Origin: a virus
Taxonomy: Duplodnaviria > Caudoviricetes
DNA length: 41,395 nucleotides
Reading direction: 5' to 3' (one strand)
IMG/VR virus record: IMGVR_UViG_3300032277_000016
Span: 1 to 41,395 of that record
The notes under the pieces are model-generated. The model made no database searches. It was given only the letters and a program-made list of their open reading frames with translations, and was not told the origin of the DNA. Below are positions 9,001 through 19,462 of this stretch, piece after piece. The translations under genes were made by a program, and so were the position numbers. The stretch's first letter is position 1, and every line of letters starts with the position of its first letter.

Positions 9001-10616
9001 TATCTTTTAGCTCCTCTAAATGCGTCCGCTATATCTCCAACGTTCTTGCGAGTAGAAAGACCTTGGGATGCTCTGAATGTATCTATGTCTTTATAAATGT
9101 CGGGGTCAGTGAATCCTGGTTGTCCCGGACTAGCTCCTGATTGCCTATTAAAATCTAGCTGCTTCTTACGAGCCAGCGCTAAGCTATCCGAGCGTACGCT
9201 TTCAGCAGCCTCTAGTATATTCTGTATAGGTGCCATTAGGTGTATACCGAAAGATCTTTCAGCTAGTATCTGATCAAATCTAGATGCAGCTCCCTTAACG
9301 TTACTTCCTAAAGTACCTAGAATAAGCTTATTGGTTATATTTTTAATCTTATTCTCTCTACTTAATGGATCTGCTCCAGATAACCAGCGCGCTATAGCCT
9401 GTAGTCTAGTTTCATTATCTCTCTGGCCTACTAGCTCTCGCAGCTCATCTATAGCTCTATCTGCTATTAATATGCCATCGCTAACTTGGCTTATAGTTTT
9501 AGACTGCTGCTCACTGATAGCGCCTACGTCCCTAGTTTTCTGTACCTTATCTTTAAGCACTATACGATTCTGCTGCTTGACCATCTCTTCTAATAGATTA
9601 TTATCTACAGCTCGATCCTCTTTAGCTATCTGCTGCTGAACATCCCGCTCACGCTCTCTTAAGGATAGCTCCTCTGCTCTTTTCTCACGCTCTACTTGTA
9701 CTTTAGCAGCTCTTCCTTCCCTCTTAGTAGCGAATTTATCTCTGATACCCTCTTCCGCTTCTACTAACGGTAATGCTGCTTCGCGTTTATCTAGATCTGC
9801 TCCAGCTTTAGTACTCTCCTCTTGGCCTAACACAGGTATGGCTGCTTTTCTCTCAGCTAATCGTGCTCTACTCTCGATAGCTTTTGAACGCTCTAAGATG
9901 CCTAAACCAAACTCAGCTCGTCTATCAAACTCCTGGTTAGCTGCTTCTGTATCTTCTCTACGAGCAGATATACGCAGGCTCTCAATGGCACGTTGGTTAG
10001 CGCTGTTACGCGCATCGCTTTCTTCTTGCCGCTGAGATGCTCGCTCGTCAGATCGTACAGCTCTATCCTCTGATCGTACTTCCCCTCTAAGGCTCTCAGC
10101 TGACGCTACCAGTTGAGTACCCCTGCGCTCATCTCGCTTAGCATCTGACTGACGCTCAGATAGTTCTGTATCGATGAAAAACTCGCCCCCTTTACCACCG
10201 GCAGCTAAGCCAGCTAATACGCCTTTCTTGCCGCCTAACGCAGCTCCAGCGATTACAGGTAGGACTGTTGCAGCTAGCAAAGCGAATATCTCTCCTCGCT
10301 CTAGAGGCTGATCAGTATTAATTTTATCTAGAATCTCTATGCCTCTGGCTTCTCTAGAATCGGCTTCTTGTAGAATAAGTGCCCTAGACTGGTTATCGCT
10401 AAAGCCCTGCTGTATAAGAGCTTGGCTTTTTCCCTGAGCACTCACTACTCCCGAAGCTACCACTACAGCTTCTTGGGCTTCCTGAGGAGTACCCCCACGA
10501 GCAATAATACCCTCTACTGCTTTCTGTGCAGGGTTAGCTATTACTTCATCCAACTCTCTATCTACTGATGATGATATGTTGGGAGAAACCAATGTCTGCT
10601 GATCTGTTGGTGCCAT
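9000..10616 (-). CDS. Internal virion/DNA ejection protein
   Basis: Hydrophobic hairpin (IFALLAATVLPVIAGAALGG) followed by a long charged coiled coil. Confidence 0.6.
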   Translation of the reverse strand: MAPTDQQTLVSPNISSSVDRELDEVIANPAQKAVEGIIARGGTPQEAQEAVVVASGVVSAQGKSQALIQQGFSDNQSRALILQEADSREARGIEILDKINTDQPLERGEIFALLAATVLPVIAGAALGGKKGVLAGLAAGGKGGEFFIDTELSERQSDAKRDERRGTQLVASAESLRGEVRSEDRAVRSDERASQRQEESDARNSANQRAIESLRISARREDTEAANQEFDRRAEFGLGILERSKAIESRARLAERKAAIPVLGQEESTKAGADLDKREAALPLVEAEEGIRDKFATKREGRAAKVQVEREKRAEELSLRERERDVQQQIAKEDRAVDNNLLEEMVKQQNRIVLKDKVQKTRDVGAISEQQSKTISQVSDGILIADRAIDELRELVGQRDNETRLQAIARWLSGADPLSRENKIKNITNKLILGTLGSNVKGAASRFDQILAERSFGIHLMAPIQNILEAAESVRSDSLALARKKQLDFNRQSGASPGQPGFTDPDIYKDIDTFRASQGLSTRKNVGDIADAFRGAKR

Positions 10617-11626
10617 TATGCTATCGCCAATAAGTTTTCTAAGTTCTCCTGAGATTGGCTAAGCTGCTCTTTAAGTAGCTGATCTTGCCTTATCCCTTCT
10701 TTTGTATCCTGAACAATTCCTAAGCCTGTAGCATTACGCGCAGTACGAGCAGCAATCTCTTTAGCTTTCTGTGCTGCATTAAACTCAGCTATCGACTGAC
10801 TCTGAGCACGCGACTGAGTTAATGCTCCTGATTGAGCTGCACCTATATTAGTTAGGTTACTGATACGGTTCTGTCCAGTACGCTCAGCTAGTCCTGAGAA
10901 TTCCGTTAGAGCTCTAGCTTTCTCCTGCTGCTCAGCTAGAAGAATATCATTCTCTAAACCTCTGCGCTCTCTAATGGTCGTAGCTAGCACAGGGTTAAAC
11001 GCTCCTTGAGAGAATCCTCCTGAGATGCCTCTACCTTGATTAAAAGCTCTGGCTGCTCTAAGCCCTGTAGCAAGCGACTGATTAATACCGCCTATACTTT
11101 CAGAACGTAGGCGCTCCTTTTCCAGCAGAGAGAAGCCTTCCTCTGAACGTCGTCTAAGCTCATCTTTAGCGAACTGTACATCTGGATCATCGACTAGCGC
11201 TAGGTTACGAGCGTTATCAAAATCCTTCTGAATATTCTCTGCGCGCTCAGCACCAGGATCCCCGATACGATCTAGGAACTCCCCATCAGTAACATCCGGC
11301 GCAAGCTTTTCGCCTAGGCCTATACCAGTATCTAGATCCTTTTTAGCTACTTTACCTGCTATATCGGATAGCTTCTTTTGCTCTTTTTTGATTCCTTTAA
11401 AAGGCTTCCCCGGCAAACCTTTATTTTTACCGCCCTTATTTTTACCGCCCTTCTTTTTCTTTTTGCCGCCTTCCTCAGGTACTACGCCTAGCTTTAAGCC
11501 ACCACCTAGCTTAGGGCCACCTTTCTTAGATATAGCTTTTTTCTTACGAGCAGCTTTCTTACTACCGGCCTTTCTACCAGACCGCTTTTTACCGAAGGAT
11601 GATTTTCTTCTTGATCGTCTAGCCAT
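10616..11626 (-). CDS. Internal virion/ejection protein with very basic N-terminus
   Basis: K/R/G-rich first ~85 aa, then A/Q-rich helices with RGISGG and AEFNA motifs typical of pilot proteins. Confidence 0.6.
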   Translation of the reverse strand: MARRSRRKSSFGKKRSGRKAGSKKAARKKKAISKKGGPKLGGGLKLGVVPEEGGKKKKKGGKNKGGKNKGLPGKPFKGIKKEQKKLSDIAGKVAKKDLDTGIGLGEKLAPDVTDGEFLDRIGDPGAERAENIQKDFDNARNLALVDDPDVQFAKDELRRRSEEGFSLLEKERLRSESIGGINQSLATGLRAARAFNQGRGISGGFSQGAFNPVLATTIRERRGLENDILLAEQQEKARALTEFSGLAERTGQNRISNLTNIGAAQSGALTQSRAQSQSIAEFNAAQKAKEIAARTARNATGLGIVQDTKEGIRQDQLLKEQLSQSQENLENLLAIA

Positions 11627-11630
11627 AATT

Positions 11631-12242
11631 CTATAAAGGCGAAAGCCTCACTCCTTTAAACGCTACGTAGTTTTCTCCATCTGAGCCTCGCAGTATTCTG
11701 TTAGCTCCATCAGCATGCCTTACTTCATACACAACACGTTGATCTTTCTCTAAGGCTTTAATGCAAGACATGCTATGCCCTTCATTAAATCCTGTACCAT
11801 CATCCGATAAGTGTGACTGAACTAAAACAGTTGGGCCAGTAGTTTCTCTAAGCCTATGATGTCTGCCATTGGTCGCCAAGTTAGTCCATATTGCACTAGC
11901 TTGTAGTAAGTACACCCCATCTTCAGGAACAATAAATTCATCATCAGTAAGCTCATACAGATCATCACCATCGAAAAGTTCATCATCCATGTTAACGATA
12001 GTCCATGTACCAGTAGTAATAGTTTGATCCACTGTTTGACGGACTTCGAATCTATATGCCTTAGCGTTTATCCAGAATGGCTCTTTATAGTAGAGGGTAT
12101 CTAGACTTCTTAAGTTAGTGACTAATACATCACGTAGATGCGTACGAAGCTTCATAGCGGTGAGCGATGCTCGCCATGCTTTAAACGTATCCTTAATACT
12201 AGGTAGTACAGGATAACTATGCTGCTGTCGTCCTAGTGTCAT
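11631..12242 (-). CDS. Tail-associated protein with C1q/TNF-like C-terminal domain
   Basis: QTITTGTWTIVNMD..., FIVPEDGVYLLQAS, LEKDQRV and FKGVRL C1q-like pattern. Follows the nozzle gene. Confidence 0.7.
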   Translation of the reverse strand: MTLGRQQHSYPVLPSIKDTFKAWRASLTAMKLRTHLRDVLVTNLRSLDTLYYKEPFWINAKAYRFEVRQTVDQTITTGTWTIVNMDDELFDGDDLYELTDDEFIVPEDGVYLLQASAIWTNLATNGRHHRLRETTGPTVLVQSHLSDDGTGFNEGHSMSCIKALEKDQRVVYEVRHADGANRILRGSDGENYVAFKGVRLSPL

Positions 12243-14854
12243 GAGATTTTCTCTATATCCCCGCCTTCATAATCTACCTTCAGATTCATCGATAACCCGC
12301 TTACTCTAAAGTCCTGGTAAATAGTGTTGTTTGATAGCGCTACTAAGAAGGAATTAACTTTATCGTTCTTAAGTTTGGCACGTTCCTGGATAGTTGCAGT
12401 GTCAGTAAAGTCCAGCACTTTCTCTGCGAAAGCATTAGCTGCTACGGATTCATCCTGGTAGTTTTTAAATACTCGTATAGTTACATTACCGCCTATGGTA
12501 CCCGACCGCTGAGCTCGCCATACCCGCGCTCGAATCATCTGCTTATATACGTCAGGATTACCTAGATCTTCCCAAGATGTATGATACTCAGACTGGATAC
12601 TGGACGTGTTATCTGCAAAGCGTAGTCTACTGTCTAACGTCAATTCTCTGAAAGCTGATGTACGTTTCCTATCTGAAGCTGAGCCTACGTAAGCAGACAC
12701 ACCCCATATAGTATTATCGAATACTGCTAAACCGTGCAGACCACCTTGAGCAAATCCCGTATCAGACTGCCAGTTATACCAGCGATCACCTAGGAACTCA
12801 CCGGCAGCTATCTCATCTAGCAGCTCTTCATACACGAAGTACTTAAGCTCATTTGTAAGAGGCCCATTAATTATGCTGCTAGTAATTACTTGTTTAGGTA
12901 TAGCTAGTATGTATAGCTTTCTAAGATCGTCATACGTAGCTACAGCATTCCGTAAAATAATCTTGCCGCTGTAGGTATCAGGTACTGCGCCTGTAAGTAT
13001 AGTTCCGTCGTTAATACCATCTTTAAAGAAAGGTATTAGCCTACCGCTAAATAGTGGATCTAGCTGTCCTTGAGAGAACCTTTGAGGCCCTTTCTTAGAT
13101 AGGAAGTATAGGCCTTCATCGCCTTCTACTATAGATGCTTGCGCCATACAGCCTATACCACCTTTAACGTCTTCTACGTTAATATCTGGTGGCTGCTCTG
13201 GATCTACTACGCGCAAGTTACCGTGCACAATGATGTGCGACTCTTCTTTGAATATAACTAACTTATCGTTGTGTGAGCCTATACCTGTAACTGATCCTTC
13301 CCCTTGTTGAGATGCATCAAAGTTATTGGAGCGAGGCATATACTCAGGATTAATATCAGAAACGTATACAGCTGTGTTATCTCCAGGTACACCTGATACA
13401 GCCATTAGTCCTTGGTGCTCTGTTATCTTAGCGCCTTCAATAGGTAGCAGGCGATCGATAAGGTCTTCTACGAGAAGCGGCCTAAGCACTAGCGATGCGT
13501 CTACAGTGTCATCCCTATATCCTGGGGCTAGCATCTCAGTTTGATCCGCTACTAAGTACCAGGTAGCTCCTCCTGCGATAGTCCTGTAAATCTCAAAAGC
13601 TCTGTTGCTTATTGTATCGCCAATAGCTAGACCTGGATTAGGTTCTAAACTAAAAGTTGTAGCACTAAGCCTAGTAAGCTCCGATACTGTTACATCTACA
13701 TCGCCCACATTTTGAGCGTACACAATATCCCCTGTAACGAAACCATGCGCTGTTGCTGTAGTATACGGGCCTATACCTGAAAGAGTTGCCTGCTTGATTC
13801 CAAACTGGAGCTCTGAGAAAAGCCCTGAGTCTAGCGCTACAAGAAACTGTAAGAATGTTCCTGCGCCTGTAGTATCTAGTATAGTACCTTCAAGTGTATC
13901 GTACTTACTAAAAATCTCATTATAGTTAGCATCTATTCGTTTAGCTCTTATACGGTAGTTATACACTCCATCAGCCATAGGGCCGGGGCCACCTGTACCG
14001 GCAAGAGAAGCTATCGTATATCCTGATGGGCTGTGTATACCATTAGGATCAGGCATACCCGATCTGTAGCAACGTACACCATCGTATTTCCATATACCTT
14101 TAGACTGAGCAGTATTGATATCTACAGATCCGCGCTGGTGCCTAGCGAAGTACACTGCTTTATTAATCTGAGCAGCAGAGGGAATAGTGTAGTCATCAAA
14201 AGCAACGTCCTCTAAGCTGTTGCCGCCATCATTCCCTGTCTCTATTTCCTCATACCCGAAATAGGTGAAGTCCGTACTAGCTGTAACTGTAGTAGTATCT
14301 ATTGGCCCTAACGCAGCAGCAGGGTAATCTGTTGTACCTGTAAGAGTAGCTGTGAAGTCTGCTATAGCTGATATGTCATCCCTTAGAGTTGTAAGTAGAT
14401 CAGGGGAAGTCTCAATACCGATACCGTACTCAATAGGGTACGTTCCTACGCTAACGCTATTTACTTGTAGGTCTGCTTCCCACCTACTACCAGCATTAAT
14501 AAAGAACCTGAAAGTAGCTGTACCTGCGCCTACGTAAGCTATGTTAAGAGTCTGCTCTACAATCTTATACAGTGTGGATGCGTTACTACCATTATTACGC
14601 CATGTAAGCAGCTCTTCTGTAGTGACTCCCTTCTGTGACTTACGCAAGTACCTAGTACAGCCTACAAACTCTTCTAGGTAGCCCCCTTGCTGAGAAGCTA
14701 TCGCGAACCCGTTACGTTTCTCCATCTCATTATTACTATTCATAATAATGTTACGGAATATTTTACTAAAAGGTATATCCCTTAGGAAAATGTTACCTGA
14801 TAGTGATAGCCCCTTAATGTCTGGCCCGTATACTTTAGTTATCGCTCTAGTCAT
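12239..14854 (-). CDS. Tail nozzle / tubular protein B (P22 gp10-like)
   Basis: 871 aa, N-terminal MEKRNG, beta-propeller-like LVIFKE / GIGC..Q.SI / LYFLS, C-terminal WEDLGNPDVYK. Confidence 0.78.
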   Translation of the reverse strand: MTRAITKVYGPDIKGLSLSGNIFLRDIPFSKIFRNIIMNSNNEMEKRNGFAIASQQGGYLEEFVGCTRYLRKSQKGVTTEELLTWRNNGSNASTLYKIVEQTLNIAYVGAGTATFRFFINAGSRWEADLQVNSVSVGTYPIEYGIGIETSPDLLTTLRDDISAIADFTATLTGTTDYPAAALGPIDTTTVTASTDFTYFGYEEIETGNDGGNSLEDVAFDDYTIPSAAQINKAVYFARHQRGSVDINTAQSKGIWKYDGVRCYRSGMPDPNGIHSPSGYTIASLAGTGGPGPMADGVYNYRIRAKRIDANYNEIFSKYDTLEGTILDTTGAGTFLQFLVALDSGLFSELQFGIKQATLSGIGPYTTATAHGFVTGDIVYAQNVGDVDVTVSELTRLSATTFSLEPNPGLAIGDTISNRAFEIYRTIAGGATWYLVADQTEMLAPGYRDDTVDASLVLRPLLVEDLIDRLLPIEGAKITEHQGLMAVSGVPGDNTAVYVSDINPEYMPRSNNFDASQQGEGSVTGIGSHNDKLVIFKEESHIIVHGNLRVVDPEQPPDINVEDVKGGIGCMAQASIVEGDEGLYFLSKKGPQRFSQGQLDPLFSGRLIPFFKDGINDGTILTGAVPDTYSGKIILRNAVATYDDLRKLYILAIPKQVITSSIINGPLTNELKYFVYEELLDEIAAGEFLGDRWYNWQSDTGFAQGGLHGLAVFDNTIWGVSAYVGSASDRKRTSAFRELTLDSRLRFADNTSSIQSEYHTSWEDLGNPDVYKQMIRARVWRAQRSGTIGGNVTIRVFKNYQDESVAANAFAEKVLDFTDTATIQERAKLKNDKVNSFLVALSNNTIYQDFRVSGLSMNLKVDYEGGDIEKIS

Positions 14855-16548
14855 AGCTCGTAGTAAAACTCATCATCCCCTAGTAGAGGTATCTCTATTA
14901 GCTCAGTGCCTAGAGAAGCGTAAGCATCTACTAGCTCTTTCTCCTTCTGACGCACTTGATTACCGAATCTTTGCGATATATCGGTAGAGCCATCTTTCTC
15001 TAACATTTTCCAAGCTACGTACTTTCGTAAGTAGGTTTCAAAAGCATCCGGCAGCTCTGAATGAGTAGTCGTGTACTTACCGAAAACTACATAGTCACCT
15101 ACGTTAGGATTTTCAGAGCTAGATAAGCTATGCTCTACCCCTATGTTAGCAGCACCTATAGTGTCGCTGCCGCTTTTAGCCATCATACCATTAACTTTTA
15201 CTACGCCATCTTTATCAACGATGCTGATGTAATCCCCTACGTCCACATTGTCCAGCTCTGGATCAGGTACAGGAGTAGTATCTGCTAAGTTTATTTGGTC
15301 TATCTGTGTACCTTGTTGAGTAACTACAAGAGTCATAGCTGGTAACTGGTCACTCTCACTAGATTCGCTGATATTACCTCTATCAGGATCGCCTGTTACC
15401 CCTGTAGCTATAGCAGTTACGGTTACCGTGTCAGTAGTCGCTGTAGACGTAAATTCGGATAGAGCATCTATAGCTGCCGCCATTTTGGTAGCGCATACAG
15501 ATGCTATGTCATCACCCTCTAGAGCTATCTCTACACCTGTCCTACCTACAACAGCTGGATCTGTACCTCTACCTTCTACATTAAGCCAAGCGTAGTAGCC
15601 TGTAGTAACGCTATTGAATAAGAAGTACTGACCACTTTCGAATCTCTCAAGGAAAGGGTTACCTGATCCTTGGGTAGTTGTAGTACGTGTTAAGTGAGCA
15701 TCAGCAGTGGCGAAGTCTAGCTCTGTTGGCCCATTCCAATCTAACTCTGCGAATATATCAAATAGAGCTACCCCTACATTACTAGAAGTAAGGTCACGTA
15801 CTGCGTTAAGAGTATTATGTATAGTAGTGCTAACATTCTCTGCGCTCACATCTCCACTAATATCTAACTCAATACCTGTAGCTCCTGCTACGTTTGGATC
15901 TGTTCCGGTACCTTTATTGAACCAGCAGTAGAATGTGGTATGTGGGCTAGGTACTAGAAAGTAGCTATTCTCTACAATAGCTGCTTGTACATCATCTACA
16001 CGGAGCCGCCATCTATGGAAGCTTCCCGTAGTCTCGTTACACTGTACAGTAAATACCTCAGCAAGAGGCCCGGTCATGCTGGTGATCCTTCCGCGACGTA
16101 CATCTAGATCATCGGCTTCTTTCTCAAACGTTACTCTCACTTTGTATGACGTAGAGTTAGGTATTTGGTTAAGCCTTATAATGTCATTCTGGCGTATGTA
16201 CCTATTAGGCTGTCCTTGAGATTCATCTGAGCTATAGATCGTACCTTTCTTAAGAGGACGGTAATCTTTATTTAGACCTGTGACAGAGAACTCCACTAGG
16301 CGTACACGTGTATCTAGGTAAAGCCTGAAGCCTTGGATAGTGTAGTCCTGTACCCCTACTTGCGTGTTGAACTCGTAGACTGTTTTTAAGAAGTCTACAT
16401 AAGCGGCAGATACAAGATTCTGTATACGATCCTGCGCGTCATTAAGCCAAGGAGTGAGGGTAGCATTATCAAGACCGTTAGTTATACCAAAGTCTTCATT
16501 ATCTGCCTCTCTACGTGCATCTTCTAGTATGCGATCAGCTCTTTTCAT
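14851..16548 (-). CDS. Head-tail adaptor / tubular protein A with a large duplicated insert
   Basis: N-terminal WLNDAQDRI and G.P..Y motif, C-terminal ELPDAFETYL..YVAW. About 250 aa of insert lies between them. Confidence 0.72.
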   Translation of the reverse strand: MKRADRILEDARREADNEDFGITNGLDNATLTPWLNDAQDRIQNLVSAAYVDFLKTVYEFNTQVGVQDYTIQGFRLYLDTRVRLVEFSVTGLNKDYRPLKKGTIYSSDESQGQPNRYIRQNDIIRLNQIPNSTSYKVRVTFEKEADDLDVRRGRITSMTGPLAEVFTVQCNETTGSFHRWRLRVDDVQAAIVENSYFLVPSPHTTFYCWFNKGTGTDPNVAGATGIELDISGDVSAENVSTTIHNTLNAVRDLTSSNVGVALFDIFAELDWNGPTELDFATADAHLTRTTTTQGSGNPFLERFESGQYFLFNSVTTGYYAWLNVEGRGTDPAVVGRTGVEIALEGDDIASVCATKMAAAIDALSEFTSTATTDTVTVTAIATGVTGDPDRGNISESSESDQLPAMTLVVTQQGTQIDQINLADTTPVPDPELDNVDVGDYISIVDKDGVVKVNGMMAKSGSDTIGAANIGVEHSLSSSENPNVGDYVVFGKYTTTHSELPDAFETYLRKYVAWKMLEKDGSTDISQRFGNQVRQKEKELVDAYASLGTELIEIPLLGDDEFYYEL

Positions 16549-16751
16549 TTACGTGACTTCTTTATACTCATGATAGCCAAGTCTTTAGCCGATGTAGGGC
16601 TATCATCATCGTCATCGCTACCATCATTAGTTTTAAGTAGTTCTCTAGCATGGCTAACCATACGATCAGCGACTTCTAGAATGTCACTCGCTTTTTCTTG
16701 AAGCCTGGTGCCATCTCTAAGCATTGCTTTATAGTCTTCTCTAGTCGGCAT
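16545..16751 (-). CDS. Hypothetical protein
   Basis: Overlaps neighbours in the tightly packed operon. Confidence 0.65.
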   Translation of the reverse strand: MPTREDYKAMLRDGTRLQEKASDILEVADRMVSHARELLKTNDGSDDDDDSPTSAKDLAIMSIKKSRK

Positions 16752-16977
16752 TTTTAACTTCCTCTACAGTTACTTGTACTACTTTAGACTTCAGATCTTT
16801 TCGGTGTTGTCGGTATACAAAAGATATAAATTCGCTACGGGATACTTTAAGCTCTTTGATAGCTGTGTTTAAAGCACTTGTAGATATTGCTCCTGCAAGA
16901 GCTCTAAGCTTAACTTCCTCTTCTTGAGTATAGATAGTAGCTACGTCAATTTTACCTTCAGTTTTTAGTGCATACAT
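16741..16977 (-). CDS. Hypothetical protein
   Basis: TAATG-coupled to the upstream gene. Confidence 0.65.
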   Translation of the reverse strand: MYALKTEGKIDVATIYTQEEEVKLRALAGAISTSALNTAIKELKVSRSEFISFVYRQHRKDLKSKVVQVTVEEVKNAD

Positions 16978-18740
16978 TATCTCAGTGCCTCTATTAAAAC
17001 TTTCCCTTCTTGATCTGCTCGTCTTCCTCTTCCGGTATTAGTTTGACTGGTCAAAGACTTTTGTTTGTTAATCTCCTGCTGGCCTAGGTTCACTATAGTA
17101 GCCTTCCTCTGAGCTTCCTCAGCTGCTGCTCTAGCTTCAGCTGCCGCTGCTACTTGTTGTTCCTGTAGAGCTTGTAAGCTAGTAGCTTGAGCCTGTGCAG
17201 CTTGTGCGGCCTGAGCCTGTGCAGCTGAATCAGCTGGTGCAGCACCTTCCGGAGGAGGTACAAAGCCACCGTGATCCGCGCTAACTTGTTCAGGAGAGAA
17301 AATAGGTACAGCAGGACGGCTTACATCCTGCTGTACCTCTGGTTTGGGAGCTTGTGTGTCAGGTTGAGTCTGGTTTGATGCTAAAGCATCCGGAATGTTT
17401 TCAGGTAATCCATCCGTTTCTGCAATTCTTGCCCCATCAGCCTGTAGCTGAGGTACGCTTGTTTTAGGAGCTGTAGTGTCGGCTATACGTCGACCTTGAT
17501 CCTGCTGCTGAGATACGCTTGTAGCTGCTGCTGGTGAGCCCTGTGGCCTAGGTACTAGGTTGTCTTCATCACCTATGCTAGGGATAGTATCATCGCTAGG
17601 AGCTCCTATAGTGTCGGTACCTGTATCTAGTATTACACCGGCAGTAGCTGTATTATCCACAAACCCATCAGCTGGATCCCCGCCTAGGTCACCTATAGGC
17701 TGAGATGGATCCTGGTCTAGCTCTGTGCCCGGAGGAGTTAAAGGAGACTGGCCATAGGTCTGTCTTATGCCGTTTGAGTAAGCAACGAACTCATCTTCTG
17801 ATATTGCTCCCTGGTCAAACAGGGCTTGCAGTGATCCAAGAGCGACCTCTTCGACGCTAACTCCTGCTTCATTAGCTGCTGCGCCAAAGATTTTATCGTA
17901 GAAGAAACGCGCATTGGCTTGAGCCTCTTCAATTGTGCTGGCGTTAGCGAGTGTGGCGTTTGTAAGAATTCCTGCTGCATTTGCTTGTAGATCCTCTGTA
18001 CCACCTGTAGACATAGCCGCGATAGGATTTATAAATCCAAGAGCTTGTTGAGAAAGTGGATTACTAGTGTCGATATCATATGGACGAAATTGACCAGGGC
18101 CAAGATCATCGACAGCAGCATTAGGATCAAAAGTGGGGATAGAATTACGGCCATCGAGTCCGATATCATAGAAGCTTCCGTCTGCAAGCTCTATGAAGTG
18201 ATTGCCGCTCTCTGTCTTCTGAGCGAAGCCTGCTTTTTCTAAACTTAACCGCCAACGATCCCTGAATAACTGCTGCTCCGTTTTAGCCGACCCAAAAATT
18301 TTACCTAGTATCTTATCTCCACGTAATTCGTTAGGTATCTCCTTAGGGATCTTATTACCTATACCTAGAATATCTACTGACGCTGATACCTCAGCCTCTG
18401 ACAGATTAGTCCCTACTGCTTTCTTAGCTTCTCTATAGCCTCTATATGCTAGGTATATGCCTACTAGTACAGCTAAAGGCCAAGCTGCTGCTAAAGCGCT
18501 AGACGCGCCTGCTGAGGCTCCTGCTGCTGCTCCTCCAGCTGTAGCTGCTCCTGCTCCTCCTAGGGCTCCAGTAGCTGCTGCTCCTGCTGCTCCTGATACA
18601 GCACCGGCAGCTGCGCCTACAGCAGTAGTTGTAGCTACTCCCTGAACTACCTGTCTGCCGCCCTCTTTCTGAGTGTCGCGCAGAGCATCTTCTACAGATG
18701 GGTTAGCTTGGGGCCTTTGCTGCTCATCTCCCTCAGCCAT
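16977..18740 (-). CDS. Putative internal virion protein (Ala/Gly-rich plus TM, Pro/Gln-rich tail)
   Basis: A/G-rich N-terminus, hydrophobic AAWPLAVLVGIYLAY, a globular middle region and a low-complexity C-terminus. Confidence 0.6.
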   Translation of the reverse strand: MAEGDEQQRPQANPSVEDALRDTQKEGGRQVVQGVATTTAVGAAAGAVSGAAGAAATGALGGAGAATAGGAAAGASAGASSALAAAWPLAVLVGIYLAYRGYREAKKAVGTNLSEAEVSASVDILGIGNKIPKEIPNELRGDKILGKIFGSAKTEQQLFRDRWRLSLEKAGFAQKTESGNHFIELADGSFYDIGLDGRNSIPTFDPNAAVDDLGPGQFRPYDIDTSNPLSQQALGFINPIAAMSTGGTEDLQANAAGILTNATLANASTIEEAQANARFFYDKIFGAAANEAGVSVEEVALGSLQALFDQGAISEDEFVAYSNGIRQTYGQSPLTPPGTELDQDPSQPIGDLGGDPADGFVDNTATAGVILDTGTDTIGAPSDDTIPSIGDEDNLVPRPQGSPAAATSVSQQQDQGRRIADTTAPKTSVPQLQADGARIAETDGLPENIPDALASNQTQPDTQAPKPEVQQDVSRPAVPIFSPEQVSADHGGFVPPPEGAAPADSAAQAQAAQAAQAQATSLQALQEQQVAAAAEARAAAEEAQRKATIVNLGQQEINKQKSLTSQTNTGRGRRADQEGKVLIEALR

Positions 18741-19462
18741 TACGCTAGTACCGCCTGATTTAGATTAGCCACATTAGCTGCTAGAGAGCTTCCTGCTCTG
18801 CTGCTCTGTACACGGTTACTGAAAGCTCTATCTTTTCCAGCTTGAGCCGCTACAATCGCTTGAAACTGCCTGGCTTTGCGTTCCTGCTCTTCTCTAAATT
18901 CCCTATCAGCTGCTTGTTGCTCGGCAGCGAACTCTCTACCTTTCTGTGCTTCTGCTGCTTGAGCATCTCTAGTGATAGCGTCCTGCTCTGCTCTAAATGT
19001 CTGCGCTGCTTCTCTCTCAGCAGAGCTGAATTCTCGGTTAGCATCTGCTTCATCAGAGGCCTGCTCTCCAGCTAGTAGTGTTGTTCCTAAGGCAGCTCCC
19101 GCAGTGAATAGAGCACCTAGCGCTTGAGGCTGTTGTAAAGAAGTGAGGAAGCTGGATGTATCCTTGGTATCCTTAAGAGTATTAAGTTGTCCTGTAGCAG
19201 TATTAGCATTAGGCGTAACTACAGCAGCATTAGCTAGAGCTGACGTATCATTTAGGAAAGGGCTACCTAGGCCTACCCCTAAACCTGTACCGCCTACCTC
19301 AGCAGGCTGCAAGGTAGCAGGTTGAATTGCTCCTAGCTGACCTGTAGAGTCTGTACCTAACGTACCAAAGCTGAGCGAGTAGAAAGTCTCAGGAAAAAAG
19401 TAGCTTCCTACAAACGCTCCCGCTATACCTAAACCTATTTTCTCAAGCGTGCTTAATCCCAT
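18740..19462 (-). CDS. Putative pilot/ejection protein
   Basis: Gly-rich hydrophobic N-terminus and ANREF/REF coiled-coil repeats reminiscent of DNA pilot proteins. Confidence 0.55.
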   Translation of the reverse strand: MGLSTLEKIGLGIAGAFVGSYFFPETFYSLSFGTLGTDSTGQLGAIQPATLQPAEVGGTGLGVGLGSPFLNDTSALANAAVVTPNANTATGQLNTLKDTKDTSSFLTSLQQPQALGALFTAGAALGTTLLAGEQASDEADANREFSSAEREAAQTFRAEQDAITRDAQAAEAQKGREFAAEQQAADREFREEQERKARQFQAIVAAQAGKDRAFSNRVQSSRAGSSLAANVANLNQAVLA

